The notes below the pieces were generated by a model. That model did no database searches. It was not told the DNA's origin and was given only the letters and a program-made list of their open reading frames with translations. The position numbers and the translations under genes were made by a program. Positions 8,829 through 17,141 of a stretch of 20,000 bases of DNA are shown here, piece by piece; position 1 is the first letter of the stretch, and the number at the start of each line of letters is the position of its first letter. The DNA is taken from the sequence record DRR723986_4720, one strand, 5' to 3'.

Positions 8829-9751
8829 CCGTGGCGCTCCCCGTGGGTAGCCGCCACGAACACATCCTCGAGGTTGGGCCGCGCCCTGTTGAGCTCGCGA
8901 TCACCAGCGCCCAGTGCCTCCCGCAGCGGGTACAGCGAATCCTCGGCGTCATCGCGCAGCAGCACCCGTAGTCTGAGTCCCTGCTGGGCGGCGGACAGTA
9001 CCTGCGGCAGACGCAGTAAGGTCTCCTTGACCTGGCGCAGCTCGGCCCCACTGACTTCCACCACCCGGCCCGAAAGGGCGGTCATCAGGGCAGTCGGTGT
9101 ACCCGTGGCCCGTACCTGGCCCAGGTCGAGGATTGCCAGCTCGTGGCAGCGCTCGGCCTCGTCCATGTAATGCGTGGAAACCAGGATGGTGGTGCCTGCT
9201 TCACTCAGGTCGAACAGCTTCTCCCAGAAGTCGCGCCGGTTTTCCGGATCCACCGCGGAAGTAGGCTCGTCGAGAAACAGCAGGGTGGGCTTGTGCAGGG
9301 TGGCCGCTGCCAGGGCCAGGCGCTGGCGCTGGCCGCCGCTCATCGCACCGGCCAGTCTGTTGCGCATGGGCTCCAGGGTGTAGCGCTCCAGCAGTTCCTC
9401 GATCCGCGCCTCACGCTCGTTCCGGCGCAGGCCGTGAATGCGACCCATAAAGCGAAGGTTCTCGGTGACGGTCAGGTCGTCAAACAGGGAAAACTTCTGG
9501 GTCATGTAGCCGATCTGGCGGCGCAGTGGTTCGGCTTCCGCAGGCAGCGAGCGGCCGAGCACCCGGACCTCCCCTGCGCTGGGGGTGAGCAGGCCGCAGA
9601 GCATGCGAATGGCGGTAGTTTTGCCGCTGCCGTTCGGCCCCAGAAAACCGAAAATCTGGCCCCGCTCCACTGTCAGGTCGACCCGGTCAACTGCAGTCAG
9701 GTCACCGAAGCGGCGGGTCAGGCCGGAGGCCTGGATCGCGGGCTCAGTCAT
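8825..9751 (-). CDS. ABC transporter ATP-binding protein (DrrA/YbhF-like, single NBD)
   Basis: Walker A GPNGSGKT, Q-loop YMTQKFSL, signature MSGGQRQR, Walker B LLFLDEPT, H-loop STHYMDEAE. ATGA overlap with the permease. Confidence 0.95.
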   Translation of the reverse strand: MTEPAIQASGLTRRFGDLTAVDRVDLTVERGQIFGFLGPNGSGKTTAIRMLCGLLTPSAGEVRVLGRSLPAEAEPLRRQIGYMTQKFSLFDDLTVTENLRFMGRIHGLRRNEREARIEELLERYTLEPMRNRLAGAMSGGQRQRLALAAATLHKPTLLFLDEPTSAVDPENRRDFWEKLFDLSEAGTTILVSTHYMDEAERCHELAILDLGQVRATGTPTALMTALSGRVVEVSGAELRQVKETLLRLPQVLSAAQQGLRLRVLLRDDAEDSLYPLREALGAGDRELNRARPNLEDVFVAATHGERHG

Positions 9752-10697
9752 TACCGAGGATAACCTGGGCCGGCACGCCGGTGGGCAGGTCGCTGTTTTC
9801 CTCGAGGTCGAACTCGGCCATATAAACCAGCCGGGCGCGGTCGCTGGCGTTCAGTGCGTAGTAGGGGGTAAAGGCCGGTTCGTTGGCGATCCAGCGCAAG
9901 GTGCCGCGCAGGGGCTGGTCGAGGCCATCGACCCGCACCTCCCGTACATCGCCGATGTTGAGTCCGGCCCTGTGTGGCTCGGGAATATAGACTCGCGCAT
10001 AGGGACTTTCATCGGCCAGCATGATAGCCAGCGTAGCGCCCTGCGGCACTCTTTCGCCGACATTCCAGGGCAGGCTGTCCAGGTAGGCATCGCGGGTGGC
10101 ATCCACGCTCAATTCCGCCAGCTGATGGCGCTCCAGGGACAGCTGGGCCCGGGCAGCTTGCAGTGCCGCGGCGCCCTGGTCCAGCTGCTCCGGGCGGGTA
10201 CCGTTAGTGAGCCGCAGCAACTCCTCCCTCGCTGAACTCAGGCTGGCGTCTGCCTCGTCGCGACTTGCTTGCGCGCTGTCCAGGGTGGCCTGGGCTGCGA
10301 GTTTCTGCTCCAGCAGCCGTTCGGCGCGGGCGTAGTTTGCCTCCGCCTCGATCAGTGCTGCCCGCGCTCCGGCTACCCGCGCCGTTGCGGCGGCGATGTC
10401 TTCCTTGCGAGCGCCATTGCGCAGTTCCGCGAGCCGCGCTTCGGCCTGCGCGACCTCGGCCTCGGCGCGGGCCACCACGGCCTGCTGACGCCGGTCATCC
10501 AGCTGCACCAGCAAGGTGCCGGCAGCGACCAGGGTGCCCTCGAGCACGGGTTGCGCGGTTATGATTTCGTTGGCCGTTGCCTTCAGTACGATGCGGTCGC
10601 GTTCCAGTGTCCCCAGGGCTTGGGCCGGTGTGTCCCCGTTGCAGGCGCTGAGGAGGAACCCGGCGAGCAGTAAGGGTAGAGACCAGAGACGCTGCAT
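9744..10697 (-). CDS. HlyD/YbhG-like periplasmic adaptor (membrane fusion) lipoprotein
   Basis: Lipobox LLSAC, lipoyl-like halves, a long Ala-rich coiled coil and the YbhG-type AFTPYYAL motif. 8-bp overlap with the ATPase gene. Confidence 0.9.
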   Translation of the reverse strand: MQRLWSLPLLLAGFLLSACNGDTPAQALGTLERDRIVLKATANEIITAQPVLEGTLVAAGTLLVQLDDRRQQAVVARAEAEVAQAEARLAELRNGARKEDIAAATARVAGARAALIEAEANYARAERLLEQKLAAQATLDSAQASRDEADASLSSAREELLRLTNGTRPEQLDQGAAALQAARAQLSLERHQLAELSVDATRDAYLDSLPWNVGERVPQGATLAIMLADESPYARVYIPEPHRAGLNIGDVREVRVDGLDQPLRGTLRWIANEPAFTPYYALNASDRARLVYMAEFDLEENSDLPTGVPAQVILGND

Positions 10698-10726
10698 GGC
10701 GGTGTCCGAAGCTTGTCTTTCGCCCG

Positions 10727-10755
10727 GTTATACGCAAGCCAGTGTTGCGAGGCAA
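10727..10755 (-). promoter_or_regulatory. Probable sigma70 promoter of the ABC efflux operon
   Basis: Minus-strand TTGCCT-N17-TATAAC, with the -10 element about 30 nt upstream of ATG 10697. Confidence 0.5.
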
Positions 10756-10824
10756 GCCTGCGGCGAGCTACGCCCCGCCGCCAGGGGCCGGCTTTGGTGC
10801 TGGCCGCCTGGCTGTCGGGCGGGG

Positions 10825-11961
10825 TCAGGCCGCGGTGCGTTGCCCGGGGGGCTGCTGGCCCGGGGTGTACAGGGCGCGCGGGCGGATCAGCCGGCTGTCC
10901 CGGCGGAATTCCAGGAAGTGGGCGATGTAGCCGTAGATACGGGCCATGGCGAACATGGAGGTGAAGTAGTGGCTGGGGATGCCGAGGCTGTGAAATACCG
11001 CGCCCTTGTAGAATTCCACGTTGGCGTGGATGTCCTTGCCGCCTTCGGCGAAGGCCCGCTGACAGGCTTCCTCCACGGCGACCAGGGTTTCCAGCAGCCG
11101 GCGACTCTCCGCATCCTGGCAGAGTTCGAGCGCCATCGGTTTGAGAATGCTGGCCCGCGGATCCACGGTGCGGTACTCACGGTGGCCCATACCCATGATT
11201 TTGGTGCCATTCGCCAGGCAGTCCCGGACGTAGGCCTCGGCATGCCGGGCGTCGCCGATGCTGCGGGCCATGTCCAGCGCCGCCTCGTCAGCGCCGCCGT
11301 GCAGCTTGCCGAACAGGGTACCGATAGAGGCTGAAATCGACGACTGTATCGGTGCCAGGGTGCTGGCACACACCCGGCCCGCGAAGGTGCCCGCGTTGAA
11401 GCTGTGCTCGAGCTGCAGGATCTGGGCGGCGTCGAGCATGCGCACCTGCTCGGCCGACGGTTCCTGACCGGAGAACATGTACAGGAAGTTGTCGTGGAAC
11501 AGGCGGCCGGGACGCGGGTTCAGGCACACCTTGCTCTGACCCAGCCGATGGTGTGCAGCGATCAGGGCCGGCACTTTCGCCGCCAGGAACAGGCCGTGTT
11601 CGGCGTCTTCGTCCACCGGCAGATCGCCGCTCGCCGGCAGTTCCAGCAGGGGCAACACGCCCTGCAGCATCAGCATCGGGTGGCGTTCACGGGATACGTG
11701 CTGCATCAGTTCCAGTTCGCTGAAGCTCAAGCGACCATGGCGGATCATGAAGGCGACCAGCTGGCGCTTCTCTGCCGGTGTAGGCCAGTCGCCGAACAAG
11801 ACCAGCCAGACGACGTGCAGGAAGGGCACGCCAATCAACTCGTTGATGTCGATACCGCGATAGCTCAGTGTGCCTTCCTCGCCGCGCACGTCGGAGATGG
11901 CGGTTTCGCCCACGATGACCCCCGCCAGGTCGGATGAAAAGACGGTGTTCTGATCGGTCAT
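10825..11961 (-). CDS. Citrate synthase family protein, atypical (Glu in place of the catalytic Asp)
   Basis: LAGVIVGETAIS, LSYRG, EHSFNAGTF, GKLHGGADE, IMGMGHREYRTVDPRA, HANVEFY, FAMARIYG and LIRPRALY. GGAGG RBS. Confidence 0.9.
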   Translation of the reverse strand: MTDQNTVFSSDLAGVIVGETAISDVRGEEGTLSYRGIDINELIGVPFLHVVWLVLFGDWPTPAEKRQLVAFMIRHGRLSFSELELMQHVSRERHPMLMLQGVLPLLELPASGDLPVDEDAEHGLFLAAKVPALIAAHHRLGQSKVCLNPRPGRLFHDNFLYMFSGQEPSAEQVRMLDAAQILQLEHSFNAGTFAGRVCASTLAPIQSSISASIGTLFGKLHGGADEAALDMARSIGDARHAEAYVRDCLANGTKIMGMGHREYRTVDPRASILKPMALELCQDAESRRLLETLVAVEEACQRAFAEGGKDIHANVEFYKGAVFHSLGIPSHYFTSMFAMARIYGYIAHFLEFRRDSRLIRPRALYTPGQQPPGQRTAA

Positions 11962-11993
11962 TGGCGGCCTCCCAAAAAGTGTGAATTTTTCAC

Positions 11994-11999
11994 AGTATA
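11994..11999 (-). promoter_or_regulatory. Candidate -10 element (TATACT) for the citrate-synthase-like gene
   Basis: TATACT lies about 32 nt upstream of ATG 11961. The expected -35 position (about 12017-12022) is poor and lies inside a LysR box, as expected for an activator-dependent promoter. Confidence 0.45.
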
Positions 12000-12013
12000 C
12001 GGATAGACTGGCG

Positions 12014-12028
12014 ATTAGATCAGTTAAT
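12014..12028. promoter_or_regulatory. LysR-type binding site (activation-site-like), ATTAG-N5-TTAAT
   Basis: Near-palindromic T-N11-A motif in the AT-rich divergent intergenic region. It is a near copy of the box at 12044-12058. Confidence 0.6.
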
Positions 12029-12043
12029 CTTTCTTATCATTCT

Positions 12044-12058
12044 ATTAGTAGAGCTAAT
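12044..12058. promoter_or_regulatory. LysR-type binding site (recognition-site-like), ATTAG-N5-CTAAT
   Basis: Perfect inverted repeat containing T-N11-A, directly abutting the LysR start codon at 12059. Confidence 0.7.
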
Positions 12059-12946
12059 ATGCGCTTTGAAAACAGCGAGTTACGTGCGTTTCGTGCGGTA
12101 GTGGATCAGGGTGGTTTCAAGCGTGCCGCCGACACGCTGCACATCAGCCAGTCGGCGGTCAGCCAGGCGGTGGCGGGGCTGGAGTCCAAGGTCGGTATGC
12201 CGCTGCTGGAGCGGGGTCGGACACCCTCGCTCACCGACGGTGGTCGGCGCCTGTTCAAGCATGCGGTAGAGGTGCTGCGGGATGAGCAGCAGACCCTTGA
12301 GGATCTCGCCCTGCTCAAACAGGGCCGCCTGGAAACGCTCAACCTGGCCCTGAGCGCATCCATCAATCGCTTCTATGCGCCGGAGTTAATGAGTGCTTAC
12401 TATCGCGAAAACCCGCAGACGCGAATGAAGCTGACGGAGTTACCCAGCAGAAGCATCATTGATGCGGTGCTCTCGGGTAACGCGGAACTCGGCCTGGGTC
12501 CGTTTCAGAGCCAGATGCAGGCCTTCGAGACCATCCCCCTGTACCGGGATCTCCGCCATCTCGTGGTCAGCCCGCAACACCCCCACTTCGAGGCCATGAT
12601 GGCCGGTGACGCCCAGGCACTGCGGCGTACCCCGCTGATCACCTCGGCACTGGATCACCCGGAAATGCGGCCCTCGATCCAGCGCCTGCGGGACCAGTTC
12701 AGCACCGTCTGGGAAGTGAGCAGCCTGATCCTGCGGGTGCACATGGTCTCCGAGGGGATGGGGGTGGCCTTCATCGACGGCAAACTGCTCAAGGAGCACC
12801 CGCCCTGCCGCGAGTTCCGGATTATGGATGACCTGTCCTTTGGCAGTATCGACAAGCAGGTAGGGCTCTATTACCGCTCGGATACGGTGCTCAGCGACAG
12901 CGCTCGCCGCTTTGCAGCACTTTGCCAGCGATTCTGGACCCAGTAG
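12059..12946 (+). CDS. LysR family transcriptional regulator (295 aa)
   Basis: N-terminal HTH LRAFRAVVDQGGFKRAADTLHISQSAVSQAVAGLE..G..LLER...LTDGG followed by a substrate-binding domain. Start set at ATG 12059 (MRFENSELRAF). Confidence 0.94.
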   Translation: MRFENSELRAFRAVVDQGGFKRAADTLHISQSAVSQAVAGLESKVGMPLLERGRTPSLTDGGRRLFKHAVEVLRDEQQTLEDLALLKQGRLETLNLALSASINRFYAPELMSAYYRENPQTRMKLTELPSRSIIDAVLSGNAELGLGPFQSQMQAFETIPLYRDLRHLVVSPQHPHFEAMMAGDAQALRRTPLITSALDHPEMRPSIQRLRDQFSTVWEVSSLILRVHMVSEGMGVAFIDGKLLKEHPPCREFRIMDDLSFGSIDKQVGLYYRSDTVLSDSARRFAALCQRFWTQ

Positions 12947-12977
12947 AGTTGTCGTTACGGTAACCGGCGAGGCGCAA

Positions 12978-14621
12978 ATGGCAGTCAGCTTACGCAACAG
13001 CAACCTGGAGAAACTCCAGGCGCAGGAATTCGACGTGGTGATTGTCGGCGGCGGCATCAATGGCGCGGTGAGTGCGGCGGCCCTGGCGGGCAGGGGCGTG
13101 CGGGTCGCGTTGATAGACCGTGGCGACTTCGCTGGCGGCGTGAGTTCCAATTCCTCGAACCTGGCCTGGGGCGGTATCAAGTACCTGGAGAGCCACGAGT
13201 ACCTGCTGGTCAACAAGTTGTGCAAGTCGCGCAATGAGTTGATGCGCGCCTATCCCTCGACGGTCAAGGAGATTCGCTTTTTCACCACCATTCACCGCGG
13301 CTTCCGCTTCTGGTCGTTCTTTGTCTACCTGGGTTCGCTGCTTTACTGGATCATGGGTCGCTTCCATACCCGGGCTCCCCGTTACCTGACCCGGCACACG
13401 ATCGAAACCGCAGAACCGGAGATCAATACCAGCCGCGCTGCCGGCGGGCTGGAGTATTCAGACTGCTACCTGTACGACAACGATGCCCGCTTCGTCTTCA
13501 ATTTCGTCCGGCAAAGCCTGAATTTCGGCTGTATCGCCGCCAACTACGTGACCGCCGAGGCGGCCAGTTTTGATGGTACGCGCTGGACAATTGATGCCCG
13601 CGACACCCTGTCAGGCGACGCCCTCGCGATCCGCGCGAGCGTGATGATCAATGCCTGTGGTCCTTATGCTGACAGTTTCAACGCCCTGTGCGCTGTAGAG
13701 ACAGAGCATCACCACCTGTTCTCCAAGGGCGTGCACCTGATCGTCGACCAGATTACCGACAACCGGCGGGTGCTGACCTTTTTCGCCAGCGACGGGCGCC
13801 TGTTCTTCCTGATCCCGATGGGACCCAAGACCTGCATCGGCACGACCGACACCCAGGTGGCGTCCCCCCGGGTTGAGGTAACGGATGAGGACCGGGATTT
13901 TATCCTCAGTAATGCCAATGCCCTGCTCGACTTGCCCCGACCACTGACCCGCGCCGATATCATCGCCGAGCGGGTCGGGGTACGGCCGCTCGCCGTGCTG
14001 GGAGAGGGCGGCAAGGCTGACTGGGTCCAGCTGTCGCGCAAACATGAGATCGAGGTAAACGCCAGCCGCCGCCATATGAGCATATTCGGCGGCAAGCTCA
14101 CCGACTGCCTGAACGTGGGCGATGAGGTCACGGAGCTGGTCGAGGAACTGGGCGTAGCGATTCCGGAACCCGATAACCGCTGGTACGGCGAGCCGGGGGA
14201 GGAACTGCGCGAGCAGTTCATGCTGCAGGCCCGGTTGATGAACCTCGATGGGCTCACCGACCCCAGCTCCCCGGAGCCGCTATCCGAGCGCTTCTGGCGT
14301 CGTTACGGCGAGTCGGCGTTCGTGCTGTTGGAGCGTATTCGGGAAAACCCGGCCCAGGCTGAACTGTTGATCGGCAACGCGGAGTACACGCGCTGCGAAA
14401 TCGAACTGGCAGCGCGCAGGGAAATGATTATCAAGCTGGAAGATTTCATGCGCCGTCGGTCAAAGATCGAGCTGGTCATACGCAAGACCGATATTCTCGC
14501 GGCCGAGGCGGATTTGCGGGAGGCCTGCCAGATCCTGTTCGGCGACCAGGCTGAGGCGAAGCTCGCCGAATACTTCGCCGTCCTTGGCAGCCCCGCCGAT
14601 GGCAGGGCGACCGCGGCTTAG
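12978..14621 (+). CDS. FAD-dependent glycerol-3-phosphate dehydrogenase/oxidase-family protein (GlpD-like, divergent; 547 aa)
   Basis: VIVGGGINGA FAD fold, DFAGGVSSNSS, GGIKYLE, NDAR, INACGPYAD, SKGVHL, IGTTDT, GVRPL, GGKLT, and C-terminal EMIIKLEDFMRRRS. ATG 12978 with GAGG RBS. Confidence 0.88.
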   Translation: MAVSLRNSNLEKLQAQEFDVVIVGGGINGAVSAAALAGRGVRVALIDRGDFAGGVSSNSSNLAWGGIKYLESHEYLLVNKLCKSRNELMRAYPSTVKEIRFFTTIHRGFRFWSFFVYLGSLLYWIMGRFHTRAPRYLTRHTIETAEPEINTSRAAGGLEYSDCYLYDNDARFVFNFVRQSLNFGCIAANYVTAEAASFDGTRWTIDARDTLSGDALAIRASVMINACGPYADSFNALCAVETEHHHLFSKGVHLIVDQITDNRRVLTFFASDGRLFFLIPMGPKTCIGTTDTQVASPRVEVTDEDRDFILSNANALLDLPRPLTRADIIAERVGVRPLAVLGEGGKADWVQLSRKHEIEVNASRRHMSIFGGKLTDCLNVGDEVTELVEELGVAIPEPDNRWYGEPGEELREQFMLQARLMNLDGLTDPSSPEPLSERFWRRYGESAFVLLERIRENPAQAELLIGNAEYTRCEIELAARREMIIKLEDFMRRRSKIELVIRKTDILAAEADLREACQILFGDQAEAKLAEYFAVLGSPADGRATAA

Positions 14622-14647
14622 CCCGGAGCTGCTGCTGCCAAGGCCGC

Positions 14648-15640
14648 TCAGGGCTGGGTCAGGTAAGCCGTCCAGGCATTCATGCGCAGCATCACTCGAC
14701 TAATAATGTGCACCGGTTTACCCCGGTCGGTGTACACCGTCATGGTGCCCGCGACACCCTGTGGCAGCGCCTTTGCGAGCACCTGGTCGTCAAGCCTGAC
14801 CCGTACCAGCCAGCGGTCGGCCGGTGCGGTCGTGGGGTAACTGACGAGTTGCGCGCTGGGTGTGACCTGTGCCGAGGGACTCATCTTGATCAGCTCGCTA
14901 ACCTTGCCGCCGTACACCTCGCCAGGCCGGTGGGGCAGGGTAAATTCCGCCTCGTCACCCACCTGGATGTGGCGGATGGCACTCTGGCTGAAACTGCCCA
15001 GCAGGTCTGAATTCCGGGTGGAGAAAAATGGCAGCACTGAAGAGACGCCGATCTTCCCGACAAAAACGCCGGGCTGGATTGCCACATTAACGGCATAGCC
15101 CTCGTCGGGCGCCCTTACCACGGTCTGCTCCAATTCCCACTGTGCCTGGTCCAACTGGGCCTGCGAATTGGCGATTGCCGCCTCGGCAGCTTCCAGCTCG
15201 GCAACCCAGCGATCGAGATCGACCCGGGCGGCGGCCTGGGTCTTGAGCAGTTGTTGCGCGCGTTCAACCTGCAAGCTGGCGAGGGAGCGCTGGGCCTCGA
15301 ACTGCCGGATTGAGGCGGCTACCTGCCGTACCTTGAATTCGTAGGGCGTGGGGTCAATGCGAAACAGCACGGCGCCCCGCTGCAGGGGACGGAAGGGCTC
15401 GACCTCCACCTCGGTAATCAGGCCGGTGACGTTGGCTACGATCGGTATGGAGTAGCGGAACAGGCGCGCATCCTTGCTGATTGGCGCGAAGCTGTACCAG
15501 GCGAATACGATACCGCCCAGCATGACCACACCGATCCCGACGAAGATGGAGATGGCCGCGTTGGTTTTGGGGATCAGCTTGAGTTTCTGGAACAGCAGGT
15601 AATACAGCAGGGCGTAACTGATGGTCAGGAACGTGATCAT
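14648..15640 (-). CDS. HlyD-family membrane fusion protein (YiaV/YibH-like)
   Basis: Two N-terminal TM helices, lipoyl motif IVANVTGLITEV..GAVLFRIDPTPYE, coiled coil, TVVRAPDEG and a beta-barrel region. ATGA overlap with the upstream small gene. Confidence 0.88.
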   Translation of the reverse strand: MITFLTISYALLYYLLFQKLKLIPKTNAAISIFVGIGVVMLGGIVFAWYSFAPISKDARLFRYSIPIVANVTGLITEVEVEPFRPLQRGAVLFRIDPTPYEFKVRQVAASIRQFEAQRSLASLQVERAQQLLKTQAAARVDLDRWVAELEAAEAAIANSQAQLDQAQWELEQTVVRAPDEGYAVNVAIQPGVFVGKIGVSSVLPFFSTRNSDLLGSFSQSAIRHIQVGDEAEFTLPHRPGEVYGGKVSELIKMSPSAQVTPSAQLVSYPTTAPADRWLVRVRLDDQVLAKALPQGVAGTMTVYTDRGKPVHIISRVMLRMNAWTAYLTQP

Positions 15641-15930
15641 TGCTCCACCTCCGCTTTGCCGCTGGCGGCGAGTTGCGCTTCCAGCGCATCGAGTCGGGCA
15701 CGCAGTTCAGCAGCTTCCGCAGAGAAAGGCCGGGTATGGGCCCAGACGATAGCGATCAGCCAGCTGGCGCCCAGGGTGAGGATGCCGATCCAGCCGAGCA
15801 CGCCGATGGCCTCTGCCTGGTAGTGGTTGCGCTCTCTGGCGATCTTACCGGGCAGGCTGCCCAGGGTGACCACGATCCAGATCGCGACAGCGACAGTCAC
15901 CAGGATGGCGACCAGGGCAAAGATTTCCAT
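15637..15930 (-). CDS. DUF3302-family small membrane protein (YiaW/YibI-like)
   Basis: TM helix, LPGKIARERNHYQAEAI..LGWIG..W..A.VWA, then a C-terminal coiled coil. AAGGAG RBS. Coupled to the HlyD gene. Confidence 0.85.
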   Translation of the reverse strand: MEIFALVAILVTVAVAIWIVVTLGSLPGKIARERNHYQAEAIGVLGWIGILTLGASWLIAIVWAHTRPFSAEAAELRARLDALEAQLAASGKAEVEQ

Positions 15931-15963
15931 GCCGGACTCCTTCGTTCACGATGCAGGTTGGCT

Positions 15964-15972
15964 ATGGTAGCA
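15964..15972 (-). promoter_or_regulatory. Possible extended -10 promoter (TGnTACCAT) for the DUF3302-HlyD pair
   Basis: Minus-strand TGCTACCAT about 33 nt upstream of ATG 15930. Confidence 0.3.
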
Positions 15973-16025
15973 GAGCCGGGTCATTGCGCGCGCTGTTGCG
16001 CGGCACGGAGGCGCTTTCTGGTCGA

Positions 16026-16547
16026 CTAGCGGTCGGCGCCGATCAGGGCGAGGCGGAGTTCAGGTCGGCTGGTGCCCGGCGAGAGCCAGATATCGAGGAA
16101 GTGCTGGCCGAAGCCATCATCTTCGATAACACCCAGGCGGGCGCCGTTGTGGTAAAACGTGCTGCGATCGGTTGCGTCCAGCTCCAGGGTCAGAACGTCG
16201 TTGCGGGCGACATCCGGCCACAGCCGGGCCAGCTCATTCAGCCACTGGGCCTGGCGCTCATGCGTCAGTCCCTGGTCATCCCATTCCACCTCGGTTCTGG
16301 CCACCAGGTCGGCGGCGGCGATGTCCCGCAGGTACTGTATGTCCAGCCGCAGCGGGCGCTGACCGCGATAATAGGTGCCGTCGTCGCTGTACAGCGATGA
16401 GTGATAGATATCCCAGAACAGAACCCGCAGCTTGGCTTCGCCAACCTTCTGTAGCGGCGCCGGATCGGCAGTTGCCGCCGGCTGTGCGGAAGACCAGACG
16501 GAACCCAGCATCAGCAGGCACAGGGCAAAGCTTCGACCGATGGTCAT
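16026..16547 (-). CDS. Chalcone isomerase-like periplasmic protein (173 aa)
   Basis: Signal peptide MTIGRSFALCLLMLGSVWSSA, then VGEAKLRVLFWDIY...LDIQYLRDI...LWPDV...D.L...F.DIWLSPGTSRPELRLALIG, typical of bacterial CHI-like proteins. ATGA overlap with the DUF2878 gene. Confidence 0.85.
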   Translation of the reverse strand: MTIGRSFALCLLMLGSVWSSAQPAATADPAPLQKVGEAKLRVLFWDIYHSSLYSDDGTYYRGQRPLRLDIQYLRDIAAADLVARTEVEWDDQGLTHERQAQWLNELARLWPDVARNDVLTLELDATDRSTFYHNGARLGVIEDDGFGQHFLDIWLSPGTSRPELRLALIGADR

Positions 16548-17107
16548 GTTTGACGCCCTCCATCGCACTTGTCCAGGTGAGCCACCAGCAGGTACAGGCT
16601 TGGTAGTAGCACTGCCCAGACCACAGCCATGATAGTAAAGCTCACCGGCAGCGAATAGCCAAATTCTACCGCGCCCACCCGGGCTCCGATCCCATAGTTG
16701 AAAGGGACGGCCAGGGCGCCGGCCAGTACCGCCAGGCGCGGCCTGCCGGCGAGGAAGGCCAGACTGCGATTGAAGGTCGTGGCGAAGGCCAGCCACAAGC
16801 CGCATAGCCACAGGGGGATCAGGGCGTCGTTAGCGAAGTTGAACAGGCCGAGGGCACTCAGGGCTGCATCCACCGAAATGCCGACCAGCGCCACCAGCCC
16901 GAGTTGCCGCAATTCCCGCAGCCGGTCAGGGACCAGGTAAAAATGCAGCAGGATGAGGCCCGCGGTGAGGGGTAGCAGGGATTCCCGACCGAGCACCGCG
17001 CAAAACCAGGTGGCCTGGAACCAGACCGCGTTAAACCAGACGGTTTCCGTAAGATGGCGCCCCGGGGACAGCTTGCTGCCTGGCATGGTGTTTCCAATTG
17101 GGTTCAT
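16544..17107 (-). CDS. DUF2878-family membrane protein
   Basis: NAVWFQATWFCAVLG, GISVD, PLWLCGLWLAFATTFNRSLAFL and NYGIGARVGAV. The start could alternatively be ATG 17086. Confidence 0.85.
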   Translation of the reverse strand: MNPIGNTMPGSKLSPGRHLTETVWFNAVWFQATWFCAVLGRESLLPLTAGLILLHFYLVPDRLRELRQLGLVALVGISVDAALSALGLFNFANDALIPLWLCGLWLAFATTFNRSLAFLAGRPRLAVLAGALAVPFNYGIGARVGAVEFGYSLPVSFTIMAVVWAVLLPSLYLLVAHLDKCDGGRQT

Positions 17108-17115
17108 GCCGTGTA

Positions 17116-17141
17116 TACGGCCGCCCCGGTTGGCTGGATTT
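17116..17141 (-). promoter_or_regulatory. Candidate RpoE/ChrR (ECF11)-type promoter
   Basis: Minus-strand (TG)AAATCC-N16-CGTA, resembling the recalled TGATCC-N16-CGTA consensus, 8 nt upstream of ATG 17107. Confidence 0.45.

Noticed and set aside
7722..10697. ABC efflux operon as a novel system
   Set aside because: It is an ordinary, widespread YbhG/F/R-like arrangement with canonical motifs.
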